From the human T2T-CHM13v2.0 reference genome, Homo sapiens: DNA of 64,000 bases. The stretch is from NCBI RefSeq assembly GCF_009914755.1, contig NC_060925.1. One strand, given 5' to 3'. The translations under genes were made by a program, and so were the position numbers. The notes under the pieces were generated by a model. It worked only from the letters and a program-made list of their open reading frames with translations. It was not told the origin of the DNA and did no database searches. This document shows positions 13,132 through 25,180 of the stretch, in pieces; positions within the stretch are counted from its first letter, which is position 1; every line of letters begins with the position of its first letter.

Positions 13132-13207
13132 CAAACACAACTTGGATTTGTTCCTGCCACAGCCTCTCATCTACAGAAAAGCTGGCAAGTAGGTAAAGAC
13201 CCAACAG
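13132..13207 (+). repeat. Arm A of 76-bp long-range inverted repeat
   Basis: 72/76 identical to the reverse complement of 19017-19092. Confidence 0.97.
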
Positions 13208-13409
13208 GTCATGGGAGAGGCACCACCCAGCCTATGCCGCTGGGAGAGGTGCTGATGATTATCTTCAATTAAAACCTCCCTGGAAACTCAATGAGAAGTG
13301 ATGGACACAGTTCGAGTTAGGAATCAGAATTTTTGGATTCTATGATAGGCCAAAGAGTGCTTGAGGAAAGAGGGTCTTTGGTGTCCCCTGCAAACTATAT
13401 CAGCTTCTA

Positions 13410-13823
13410 AAGAAAATGTGGTATGTATACACCATGGAATACTACTCAGCCATAAAAGGGAACAAAATAATGGCATTCACTGCAATCTGGATGGAGTTAG
13501 AGACCATTATTCTAAGTGAAGTGACTCGGAAATGGAAAACCAAATATTGTATGTTCTCACTTATAAGTGGGAGTTAAGCTATAAGGACACAAGGGCATAA
13601 GAATGATATAATGGACTTTGGGGACTTGGGGGGAAAGGGAGTGGAGGGCGAGGGATAAAAGACTACATGGTGGGTACAGTGTACACTGCTCGGGTGATGG
13701 GTGCACCATAATCTCAGTAATTACCACTAAAGAATTACCACTAAAGAATTTGTTTATCCATGTAAACAAAAACCACCTGTTCCCCAAAAACTATTGAAAT
13801 AATGATATAAAAAAAATAAAAAA
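13410..13823 (+). mobile_element. 5'-truncated L1PB 3' end
   Basis: L1PB-type 3' UTR (cataagaatgatataatggactttggggact; tgatgggtgcacc); TSD aaactatatcagcttcta / aacctctatcagcctcta; internal 14-bp duplication aattaccactaaag. Confidence 0.93.
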
Positions 13824-14019
13824 AACCTCTATCAGCCTCTAGCCAAGACCTCCCAAATAAACATGCATCTTAGGGAAACAAACAAAACAAAACAAACAAA
13901 CACAAAAACGCAGTATGCTTGCTGTGCAAAGGCAGCTTCAAAGTGTGTCTCCCTATTGCCCCCTCCAAAATATTGTCCCCCCATGGGCCTTTCTTATGTG
14001 GAAGTTCTGAAGCAATGTC

Positions 14020-14152
14020 CTACTCCAGGCAAGCCTGGCTCTGCTATTTGCTGTGTAGCCTTTTTTTGTTATTCCTTAGTTTCTTTATCTGTAAAATGGG
14101 GCTGGGGAAGAGGATGAATCCAATGATCTCTAACATCCTTGCCAGCCCTAAT
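14020..14152 (+). mobile_element. MIR/MIR3 fragment
   Basis: cctggctctgcta...ccttagtttctttatctgtaaaatgggg core. Confidence 0.6.
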
Positions 14153-15504
14153 ACCCCCATTTCTCTTGGGCAAGACAGCAAAAAGAAGAGGTGAGACGTA
14201 ATGTCTTCTGACTCATACTCCTTACACTCCAGCTTTCTGGGAGAGACCCGTTCTCCTTTCCAGATGGATTTGTCTGTCTTTGTAGGGAAGGGAAGGTGTG
14301 TGCTGCTGGTCAGCGTGGAGGCTTTATAAAAGCACAGGAACAAATATGCAGTTCTTCACAAATACTCAATTTACCCAGAAGTGCTCAGCTGCCTGGGGGG
14401 AACAGGCTCTCTGCTGACCCAGATAAGCAGACCTAGGGCTCTGTGATGTCGGCATGAGGCCCTTCAAGGTGCCTCTCACCACAGGACATCAGGAGGCTGG
14501 GCAGCCCTGTCCAAACACAAACACGCTGGCAGTGGTGTCCCTACCTACACAGATGTGAACACAAAGGAGATTTTTCAGCTAATAAGATCCTCTGGTGTTT
14601 GTAGCACTAAGCAGGTAAGGTCATTAGAACTCTTCTTTATAATACATTTTCCCCCTCATTCTGATGGAAGAAAAATAGGTTGAAGGAACTGATTTTATTT
14701 CCCATTTAAGTTAATTCAATGGAAGCTAGGGTTTTTTTTTTTCTTTATGTATGTGTGTAGAAGGGATGGGGGAGGCCTCAGGGAAGGAGAGTTTTGAGAT
14801 GATGCTATTGAGTCCCTTGGCTAAAGAAGAAAAATGTCAGGCTTGAAATGGTTTCCTCTGGGGGCTGTTTGTGGAATCAAAACGCCTCTCTGGTTTGCAG
14901 TTCTGAAACCCACTACTGTGACTTAAAAAAAAAAAAAAAAACACTTTCAATTTAGAGGGGGAAAAGGCTACAGCTCCTGGAGTCCCAACTCAGCTGAGGA
15001 AAATGCCGCCGGATGATGTGAACGCAGTGGATTTGGATTTCAAACACCGGCATTGATCTCAGCATTGATTGGGGTTGTATTACTGATCTTGTCTGAGCGC
15101 CCAGCCCCACCTCTGTCCCCCAGGGAAGGAGGATTGATTGCAGGGTGCAGCTGTGAGGCATGGATGGAAGAGGAAGGACAAAGAGGCCAGTCCCATGATG
15201 AGGGAAGGATCCCAACACGCTCTTGCAATAAACTGCAATCCTGCAAATCAAAATCTCATCCTTAGTGACTCCCGTCCTCCCGCACTTTGTCAACACTTTT
15301 CTCCTGGGAAGGCTCAGTGCTTTGAAGGATGCTCAGGTTAAATCTCTATTTACACCACCACCACCAGGAGAGGGGTATGCGGATAAATGATTAATCCTCC
15401 TCCTCTCCTGTACCCGGGACCCTGTGCTCACTAGGTTCCTTGATCTACGAGGACCCACTCTGGACCTCATTCTATCTACTATATCTGATTCCAAGTGATT
15501 GATT

Positions 15505-17000
15505 AATGAATTTTTAATTCATTTAACAAATACTGAGCGCCTACTATGTGCCAGGAGCTTAGCTTGCCTCAGTGAACAAAAGAGACACAGATCTCTGCCC
15601 TCATGAAGCTTATATTCTAGTGAGAGAAGATGGGCAATAAGCAATAAAAAGAATAAACAGCACATTCTCATATGTTATCAGGTGATGACTACTATGGGAA
15701 AGGAAATGTAGAGTTGAGAAGGAGAAATTTGAAAGGGCAGAGTAGGAATGCTCTACAACTTGTCAGAGTGGGCTTCTTTGAGAAGGGCACATTTGGGCAG
15801 AGACTGCAGGGAGGTGAGGGACTCAGCTGTGCAGGGATACAGAGTCAGTACCTCCAGGCAGAAGGAACTGCTAAGCACAGCAGCCCTAAAGTGAGGGGCA
15901 CCTGGGGTGTCTGGTGGACACTAAGGAGGCCAGTGTGACTAAATCAGGGTGTGTGTGGGTGGCCGAGGGTGAGTCATGGATAAAGCCAGAGGGGTTCTGA
16001 GGGGCTGAATTCTGTAGGATATTATAGGTCATTGTAAGATCTTTGGCTTATATTCTGCAGGCAATAGGGAGCCACTAGAGAATTTTAAGCAGTGGAATGG
16101 CACAATCTAACTTAAATTTTCAAAAGATTTGTAAAATTTGGGAGGCTGTATTGAGAATAGAGAGCAAGGGTAGAGCAAGGAGGTGGTAGCAGGAGGAGAG
16201 AGAAGATGGACACTGGAAGCAGGGCAGCAGAGTGGAGGCGGTGAAGAGAGGTCAGTTTCCAAATATCACTTGAAGATAGAGCCAAGGGGCTGTTTGATTG
16301 TGATGGGTTGGTAGTAGGCAGAGGTTTTGGGCTCAAGCAATTGAAAGAGCTGAGATTCTCACAACTGAGATGGAGGAGGAGCTTTTTAGGGAAGATCTTG
16401 AGTTGAGTCTTAGGCATGTTAAGTCTGTGATGTCTGTGTTAGACATCCAAGTGGAGATGTTGAGTGTGCAACTGGAGACACAAGTACAAAGTTCCAGAGA
16501 GATGTCTGAGTTTTAAATATAAATTTGGGAGCTATTTGCATACACCTGATATTTAAATGCCATGAGACTGGGTGAGTAAGGATGGAGAAGGGAATAGGAC
16601 CCTGGGCACTCCTGGGAGCAGGACCCTGGGACATTCCAACATTAAGAGTCTGGGAGGAAGAGAAGAACCAGCAAAGATGGCTGAGAAGGAGCAAACTTGT
16701 GAAGTAGGAGTTTGTAGAGTCCTTGGAGCCAGGTAAAGAAACATATCACAGTCAACTGGTTCAAGTGCTGCCAAGAGGTCAAGGAAGATGAGGACTAAGA
16801 TAATATTATTGTTTTTAGCAATATGGAGGTCACTGGTGCCCTGGACATGAGCAGTTTTGGAAGAGTATTAGAAGCAAATGCTCAACTGGATGGGGTCCAG
16901 GAGAAAATGAGAAGAGAGGAATTGCTAATAATTTAGAAAACTCCTTTGAAGGATTCCACTGCAAAGGAGATCAAAGAGTTGGAGCATCAACCAGCAGAAG
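15505..17000 (-). mobile_element. L2 (L2a-like), ~1.5 kb
   Basis: Starts ttcatttaacaaatactgagcgcctactatgtgccagg, then continuous antisense L2 motifs (gttagacatccaagtggagatgttgagt; aggtcaaggaagatgaggact). Confidence 0.9.
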
Positions 17001-17089
17001 AAATAGCACTGTGGCAAGTTTCTGTTTTCTTTGGCTTGGTTTTGTCTGGTTTAGTTTAGTTTTAAGGTGAGAAAAATATAGCTATAAGC

Positions 17090-17600
17090 AATCAACTAAC
17101 CAATATATGGAATATTTGCCATGTACCAAGCATTGTGCTAGGAACTTAAAGAAGAAATAGAAATTTAAACTGCATCCTTGCCTTCAAAGATTTTACAACC
17201 TAGTCAGAGGCAGAAATTTTTTAGAAAAGAAAATCAGAGAGCTATAGGGGCACCCAATAAAAATGTTCCATAAACAGGAATGAAAGTGGGTAATGTGTAC
17301 TCTGCTGGTGTCATGGAAGTTCAGAACAAATAGAGTGGGGACAACATTTCTCAAATTCAGTGGATGACATTGATTAACTACTAAGTGCCTACAAAAGAAT
17401 ATACAGGCACTTAATTATGGTATGGACAATATTGTAACCTTTTGGTGAGCTTTCATGGTTCCATATGCATCTTCATTTCCTAGGTGATGAAATACTAATT
17501 AATTATGAAGCTATTAATTGAGCATCTACTGTGTATGAGGAGCCAGGTGGGTTACAAAGATGCCTAGATCCATCTCTGCTCTTTACAGCTTAGTAGAATA
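17090..17600 (-). mobile_element. Two short L2 3' remnants (~17090-17210, ~17510-17600)
   Basis: tgccatgtaccaagcattgtgctagg; ttgagcatctactgtgt. Confidence 0.45.
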
Positions 17601-18575
17601 GCCAAGGCAAGAGCATCACTGATATTGGAAGTGCTCACAGATGGCCCATGACTCAGCTATGGAACCCAAAATGGAAGAAGTCAGCCTCCCCTGCACTTCT
17701 TCCCCTACCTCATCTCCCAGCCAGACTTCAATCTCACCTTTACCTGAGAGGGGACTTCCAGAAAGTGCCATGACATTTCTAGGGTCTCTTTCCTCTTTTG
17801 TGCTTGTGTCTAGAAACAATTCACGTTAGTGAATACATAGATATGAAGGAGCAGATTTTTGAGGGCTTATGTGGGGTAAAGTCTGGAATGAGGTCTACTG
17901 GACATTATCAAAAATATACCTTGAATGATTTTGCATTGTAAGTCACAATGGCAGAATAGTCCTGAAGCTGGTGAATTACTCATGGTTCTCTTCAGCCCTC
18001 TGATATCCTCATTGTAATGGAAAACTCCTGATTATCTACAATTATGGAGAGAAGTACAAGTCATCCCAAATAGGGATATGCCAATTATTTATATAGGCTT
18101 CAGGAATGTATCTCAGGGTTTCTAGTGAAAATTAGTTCATTTTGTGTTCTAGAATTATAAGAAAGATAAAACCAAATAATGATGCTGGGCTATAAAGGCC
18201 ATCTCAGGCAATACTAGAGCAATGTCTGTTTTTCTAATAACATCATGACAATCCTCTGCTGTCTGTTCTAGCCAAGAGGAGAGATATATCACCTTTCAAA
18301 CTGATGTTGAACACCAGCTTAAGCAGAACTGTCTCTCCTTTTCCTTCTGACTAACATGTTTACTGACAACATGCTGGGTTTTGGATCTCCCAGGAGAATC
18401 TGTTTGGATACCTCATGTAAATGGCAGTCTTAATTATTGTCCAGAGAATGAACCAGACCCTCCGCAGTGTTGGCTATGAAAATGTTCACCAGGCTGGACA
18501 GCCTGTAGAATTTTCAATATTTGCTTTCACCCCTAGAAAAATAAAAATGTTACAGTCCCTCCTCCTCTTCCTGGG

Positions 18576-18661
18576 ATAATCAATTTATTCATAAGCCAGG
18601 AATAAGTCCTTACTCCACATAATCAATTTATTCATAAGCCAGGAGAAAGTCCTTACTCCAC
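18576..18661. repeat. 43-bp tandem duplication (2 copies, 2 mismatches)
   Basis: ataatcaatttattcataagccagga(at/ga)aagtccttactccac occurs twice. Confidence 0.97.
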
Positions 18662-19016
18662 ACTGAGCCCATGGAAAGCATTTGGCATATGAGTGTAAAT
18701 CCTCAAGAGGATGGTGGTCTAGGTAGGGGTTCAGACTCATTGATGAGCATCTGTAAGAGAGTGTTTGGCGGGCAGAAGGACAGCCATGTGCATGGAGTAG
18801 GTAGGACATCGAAGAAGCCTAAGGTCAACTCTACTGCAGCTGGGGCAGGAAGGTAGCCTTGAATTAATCCATAGAAAGTGAAGAGATTTCTGGATATAGA
18901 ACAGGGGGGAGAGGTTTTGGTAATTGAGGGAACAGGAACTCTAAGTGGAGGGAATGGTAGCCAAAGACTGGGGCATACAACTGCCAAGCACATGCCCTGG
19001 GCATGCAGTGGGTTAT

Positions 19017-19092
19017 CTGCTGGGTCTTTACCTACTTTCCAGTTTTTCTGTAGATGAGAGGCTGTGGCAGGAACAAATCCAACTTGTGTTTG
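19017..19092 (-). repeat. Arm B of 76-bp long-range inverted repeat
   Basis: Reverse complement matches 13132-13207 with 4 substitutions and no gaps. Confidence 0.97.
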
Positions 19093-19959
19093 AACTCTCC
19101 TTGCATCCCCACAACCAAAAGGGCACTGCAGGGTGCCAAGAGCACCTCGGGGAGCACCTCCCACCTCCCCCACCTCCCAACTCCCGCCCACTTTGCACTA
19201 CACTTCGATGTGGTGTCTATTGTGGCAGCTACTGTCAGCACCACTTTTAACTGCCACCTTTTCTATTCAGGGGACAACTTCAGGAGAGGGCTCTGCTGGC
19301 ATCCCCAAACTCGCACTTGGAATCATAATGGTGCTATGAGACGAGCGAACACAGTAAGCTGGGGAGATGAGTGATTGCATCTGATGTTGGAGGACTAGAT
19401 CCTGCAGGAAGGTTAGCGGGGAACATCCCCACGGTCACTGTTTGTTTGTTTACCTAACTTCAAAATTCTCTCTGGAGCTGCTTAGACAAAGCCTGACTTA
19501 TCTTCCCAAAGATGAAACACTGGGTAAGACACATATCAAATGAAAATAGCTTTTTTAGTCATAGTCAATATTTTGTAAAAATTTGACAATCTGACACTGT
19601 TAAATTCAAGTGCCTATCTCCTGGTTTTGGTTTACTTTGTTCGGGGGTTAGGGACAATGTCTCCATGATTATTATGTAGCAAGCATCAGTCATGGTTACA
19701 AGGAACCACAGCACAGCCAGCTGATACTTGGTAGGCTTTCCAGCCCCTGAAGGGCAATGCTTTAAACTTTCACATCTTCTGAATCTTCTGTCTCATACAC
19801 TGGTCAGTTTTCAAATAGCCATTTTATTGGTAGTCTGAGGGAAAATCTTTGTTTTCAGTCCTTTGCTGGAGTTATCCCCCTCTCTGTTGACTTACTTTCT
19901 TGATAGACATCTTTATCTCTGTTTGTTCTTGCTTGGCAAGGAGGCTACAGTTTAATACA

Positions 19960-20285
19960 AGCTGGAAGGGACGTTGGGAGGTTATTGTAAGAGCCCAGGA
20001 GAGACGATGAGGACCCCAGCCAGGGTGCTGAGAATAAGGATGGATATATGAGCTGAGAAGGGGAATGTCCACAGTGGCTCCAAGTTGCTAGCTCGAGGCA
20101 TTAGAGGGATGATGAGGTCTGGCACTCATGCAGCAGGAAAAGGAGCTCTCTCTTGAACCTGTTGGAGTGTAGGTACTTCCAGGGCATCCAGGTAGAGATT
20201 TAATAGGTGGCTGCTTATGCAAGTCTAGGGTTCACGAGTGAGTAGGACTGAGAGGGCCAAAGATGTGATTTCATCAACACTTACA
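19960..20285 (-). mobile_element. Degraded L2
   Basis: gttgggaggttattgtaa..cccagg..gatga; gggcatccaggtagagattt. Confidence 0.5.
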
Positions 20286-20957
20286 CCCACATATGGTTGA
20301 GTTCCAGCCCTCTGCCCCCAAATGTTTGCAGTGTCACCAAGGAAACAGGTTTATTTTGATATTAGTTTCTCAAATTCCACCTTTTATCTTTCTGCCAGAA
20401 ACAGTCCTGACAAAACAACCTACTGATAAGTCAGAAGAAGAATTAAGAATGTGGAACTGGGGAAGAACTATAGTAAGTGAAGGAACTAAGTAATAATAAA
20501 TCCAAACCGTTGAGCACTGCAGCCACTCACAGTCACTCTTTGTTCTTCTTCTTGGCCCTCTGGCAGAACTGAGCATCTTGAAGGTCTTGGGCAAAGTCAT
20601 AGATACCAATTTTAGCAATTTACCACCATGAATTTTCTACACAGACAATAGATTATCAGAGTGTATCTGGCCCAAAGTGCCTGTGGTGGTATAATGAGTT
20701 ATCACCAGAGTCACTAGAGAGATGATAAAATCATCCTGGCAGCCAGGATGGGCTGGGAACACAGGAGAGCATGCACAGAGTGTGTTACGTTGGTGGTGCA
20801 TTTGCCCAGAGTGGTGCTTCTTTGTGACCCAGTGGCTCCAACATATCAGGAAGTTGGGAAGCTGGGAAGCTGGGAAGCTGGAAACACCAGTGATGATTCC
20901 TTTCCTGAGCCAGAGCACGCTGACAGCTGAGAAACCACACTTCTCTCATCTTTTCAG

Positions 20958-21118
20958 CCAAACCACGCTTTTGGTCCATTCTGTCACTCCTATCTCCCAA
21001 TTAGACATCCAGAGTCCCCATACCACCTGCCGCTCTAGAAGACAAGCCCAGCTGCCCTGATGTGGACAGGGCTGGTGGAGGCTGAGCTCTCCCAGCCTGG
21101 AAGACAGTAACAGAGCAG
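20958..21118 (+). other. Candidate non-coding exon (161 nt)
   Basis: Acceptor cacttctctcatcttttcag|, donor CAG|GTGAGT, branch-like ctgac/ctgag upstream; all three frames closed. Motif-only evidence. Confidence 0.3.
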
Positions 21119-21259
21119 GTGAGTGCCCCAGAGGAGAGCAGATATTAACTGCTAGGAAGGGAGAGAGAACTGCCTTCCCTCAGAAAGACAGAGGGCTTAT
21201 GAAGTTTCATCACTGGTCACTGTTGTTAGTTTGGGGCACTCTTTATAAAAGATATGAAG

Positions 21260-21605
21260 ACTTTACATATGAAGTAGAAATACAAATTCCCATCTTAGGG
21301 AGTTGGTTTGGAGGTTAAATGAGAAAATATAGGGAAATCACATTACATAGTGTCTGGTATTTACTAAATGCTCAATAAGTGGTAGTATTTGAGGAATGTA
21401 AAGAAGTGGTTAAGGTCACACCTCAGACCTAGGTTCAAATCCCAGCACTACCCTTTACCAGCTATGAGAGATAGGGAACATTATTTAACTTCTTAGAACA
21501 GCAGTTTTATGATCTCTAAAATTAGGTTAACTATATCTAACCCTTTGGGTTATTGTGAGTTTTAAGATAAAATATTATAAGTAAAAAGCTTTCATTCATA
21601 GTAGC
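21260..21605 (+). mobile_element. Two MIR fragments
   Basis: ggaggttaaatgagaaaat...tgctcaataagtggtag; cagacctaggttcaaatcccagcactac. Confidence 0.65.
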
Positions 21606-21758
21606 ATTAGATTATTTTTGAAAATGCCTGAACAGAGGGCCCATTTTATGCTTTGTATTTTCAGAGAAAATACCCTTCGATAGGTCAGAAGCAGGTTCTG
21701 TTGGGACCATCTTCAGATCTCTAAACTACAGTGAATCTAAGCTACAAGTTGACCTAGA

Positions 21759-21960
21759 CTAGGGTCGGCAAATCTTTGGGCCAGAGAAAAAAATATTTTG
21801 GGCCTTCTGGATCACAGTCCAAAAACACATCACAGGACCAAAAACAGTCATAGACCATATGTAAAAGAAAAAAAAAAAGGGTGGCCCCTGTCTGTGTTGC
21901 AGTAAAACATTATTGACAAATCGATGCCAGGTTTAGCCTGCAATCAGTTTGCCAGCTCTT
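21759..21960. mobile_element. MER58A-like hAT-Charlie MITE
   Basis: Ends ctagggtcggcaaa / gtttgccagctctt; 8-bp TSD-like gacctaga / aacctagt. Confidence 0.75.
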
Positions 21961-23601
21961 AACCTAGTCATAAACTAACTTCACATGTAGGTACTGGTTG
22001 ATGTGGAATGGTCAGGGGAAAAGTGGGACAGCCCTGATGCTCCCATACTCGTCCTCCATAAGATGCCAAGAACTAGGTATTCCACCATTAGAAAGTCATT
22101 CCATTGAATCAAGCATTGATCCATGGAGGGAAAAAAAGAGGTGCCTATCAAAATGCAAGTAAAAGGAATAATTGATAAAGATTAAGCTTTAATTTGAAGT
22201 GGCATATAGTGTACCTTCCTGCTGACTGGCCTTGACTTAGCTGGAGGACACCCAGCACCTGCAGGAGGGACTATTGAAAATGGATTGAGCATGGGAAAAG
22301 GGGAACAGATCTGATCTTTCTCTCAGGTCTTCCACCTCCAATCTGTCCACTTAGACTCCTTCCCCTGCTATGTTATAATCCACTTCCAAGCCAAGATCCC
22401 TTCATCACAAAGAGCAAACCAGAAGAGTGGATCCTTCAACCCTTCTTTCTGAGATAGTGGGAGACTGCTTTCAAAAACTCCTAAAGCCTGCATCGTCAGT
22501 TTCCAGTTTTTCCCTGTCTTAGAAGAGATGTGCAAGGGGACATTTCTTTGTACTCCATGCATCAGGACACAGGTTAATGTCGATGCTAGTATGGAAGTCT
22601 TTCTCTTCCCTTTCCAAACTCCCAATCCCACCTCACCTTCCCCCTCCGACGCATCCAGTGGTAGCCATGGGACAGGGATGAAAAAATAGGAGTAAGAATC
22701 AGAATTCAGGGTTGGCCTGGGGACATAGGCTATTTTAGTGTAAGGTCAAAGTTATGTTAGGGGTAAAATAGGAATTTCACTTGTGGATCTGGCATGGACT
22801 ATTAGCTGTAGATTAATCTTTGAAGTATAGGATACAGTGGGCAGTGGAGTTGATCTCCCATTACTTTCTGGGTGATGGAGTAGCAAGGATATCTACTTGT
22901 GATCACTCGGTCCAAGAAACTGTAATGGGTTTTGCTCCCCAAGGGCAGCTACAGACACATCCTTTGGGTCAAAATAAGAAGCCCATTCCTGGGGCCCTAC
23001 TAGATTGCCCTGTGCTCTGTCTTGTGGATGGTCCCACCTTCATTCCATCACAGAACTGTTGCTCACCGTCTTTGTTTCCCAGTGTCACCTTCTCTTTGGT
23101 TATCCACATCTGCAGTATCTCCTTATGCAAACCTTTCCAGGACCACCTGATGCTGCAGGCAGCTTCTTTTCCAGGTACCTGTAGGACAGCATCCATTTCC
23201 CTTTCCTGGGGCCTCTGGTAGCTGGAAGGCACATCTATTTCTATGAATCTGCTCCTCCCCGACTTCAACTCCCATCTTCTCAGCACATTATCCAACACTA
23301 AGCATTCGTAGGTGCTCCATCAGTGTGTGGAATTAATTCGCAATTGACAACTTTAACACTTACATCACATGAACAATGGATCACCTTGCTGTGATGTGCC
23401 AGTTGAGGGGATACAGGCAAGCGCTGGAGAAGGCTGGGAAGAAGCCTGTACTAATACCTCTCCACCATGCCCCTGAAGCCCTGGGAGGGCGGAGAACACC
23501 GAGAGGAGATGGGAGTACATGGCAGTCTGGTCTCTGGGAGCTTTGAATCCTTCGGCACACCCTTTCTTCCCCGTTTCACTGCTGCTTCCTGTCCTGGTGG
23601 C

Positions 23602-24368
23602 TGTATTTGTCAGCTCAGGCTGCGGAAACAAAACATCATAGACCAGGTGGCTTAAACAATACATTTGCTCATAGTCCAGAAGGCTGGAAGTCTGAGATCC
23701 ATATGCCAGCATGGTTGAGTTCTGGTGAGGGCTTGTGGATGGCCGTCTTCTCTCTACGTCCTCACAGGGCAGCAAGAGCAATCTCACTCTTCTTCTTCCT
23801 ATAAGGCCACTAATCCGTTAAGGAGGGTCCCACCCTCATGGCATAATCTAACTTAAATTCCCTCTCAAAGGCCCTTGATATGGTTTGGATCTGTGTACCC
23901 ACCAAATCTCATGTTTAATTGTTTAATTGTAATCCTCATTGTTGGAGGTGGGGCCTGGGGGGAGGTGACTGAATCATGGGGGCAGAGTTCTCACAAGTGG
24001 TTTATGTGTTCTTTTGATAGTGAGTGAGTTCTCAAGAGATCTGGTTGTTTTAAAAGTGTGTAGCACCTTCCACCTCTCTCTCTCAGTCCTGTTCCTGCCA
24101 CGTAAGAAGGCTATTCCCACTTTGTCTTCATCCATGAGTAAAAGTTCCCTGAGGCCTCCCCAGAAGCAGATGCTGCCGTGCTTCCTCTACAGTCGGTGGA
24201 ACCATGAGCCAATTAAACCTCTTTTCTTTATAAATTACCCAGCCTCAGGTATTTCTTTACAGCAGTGCAAGAACAGACTACTACAACCCCATTTCCAAAT
24301 ACTATCCCATTGGGCATCAGGGCTTCAACATATGAATTTGAGGGAACACAAACATTCAATCCATAACA
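23602..24368 (-). mobile_element. MLT1A-type solo LTR split by an MST LTR
   Basis: tgtatttgtcagctcaggctgc...ggctggaagtctgagatc; resumes ccatttccaaatac...cattcaatccataaca. Confidence 0.9.
23876..24285 (+). mobile_element. MSTA/MSTB solo LTR
   Basis: tgatatggtttggatctgtg...gagccaattaaacctcttttctttataaattacccagcctcaggtatttcttta...ctaca (TG...CA ends). Confidence 0.93.
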
Positions 24369-24574
24369 GTAGCTTAGAAACCTGTCTGGCATTTCAGAAA
24401 TCCTCCAGCTGGATTTGACACAATTGTAGATGATTTAGCAATCTAGTTCAATTATCTTTTGCTTAATTTAACTTTTTAAGCCACAGTGCAAAGAATGTAT
24501 TAATTCTTGTGTACTCAAGTTAAGTGATAGAAAAATATTCTAGGATTCGTTCCTTACACTTAAGGTGATAGTCA

Positions 24575-25180
24575 TTATTAGGAAGTGCTTCTTCAGGAAG
24601 GAGTTCAATTCCCAGGAATTGTGAGGGAGAGAAAGGGGGAGTGAGGCAGAAAAGGAGGGAGAGCTTGAATGTGGGGCATGACCAAGCTAGCCTCTGCTCA
24701 ATATAATGTATTTAGATTGGTGCAAAAGTAATCACGGTTTTTGTCATTACTTTTAATGGCAAAAGCTGCGAAAACTTTTGCACCAACCTAATGCAACTGA
24801 AGGCTCCATGTCTCAGGACTTGCTTCCCAGAACTCCTAAGTACTCTTGTCTCACGAGAGTCCAATGGAGAAGGAAGCAGGGAAAGGAGAAGAATAAATCC
24901 ACTATGTCCTGCCTCCCATTGGTCAAATATCTGCCCACTGGGCATTAACTCCCAGACACTTTAGTATTGCAAATGTGTAGGTCCCACATTTGCATGCCTC
25001 CACAGCATCAGAAGAGCCTCCAGTCAAATGGTGAGAGTCATGCAGTGTGGGCCAGGTGGCATGATCAGGTTGCACTTTCACTGGTCTCTGTAGTGGCAGC
25101 TGGAGTGGGAAAAGGGGCCCAAAGCCTTGGACAGAGGTGAAGCAAGAGGATGTAAGATGGTGCATCAGACTTGTCCTATA
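24575..25180 (-). mobile_element. ERVL LTR (LTR33-like), interrupted by MADE1
   Basis: gggagtgaggcagaaaaggaggga; cccattggtcaaa...gggcattaactccc. Confidence 0.55.
24712..24791. mobile_element. MADE1 (Hsmar1-derived 80-bp palindromic MITE)
   Basis: ttagattggtgcaaaagtaatc...cttttgcaccaacctaa, exactly 80 bp, self-complementary. Confidence 0.95.

Noticed and set aside
13081-19191. Two ORFs sharing the peptide QTQxGFVPATASHLQKxWxVGKDP as possible paralogues
   Set aside because: Similarity is confined to the 76-bp inverted DNA copy and the flanks are unrelated. The same applies to ORFs 42060 and 42719, which share the 145-bp duplication.
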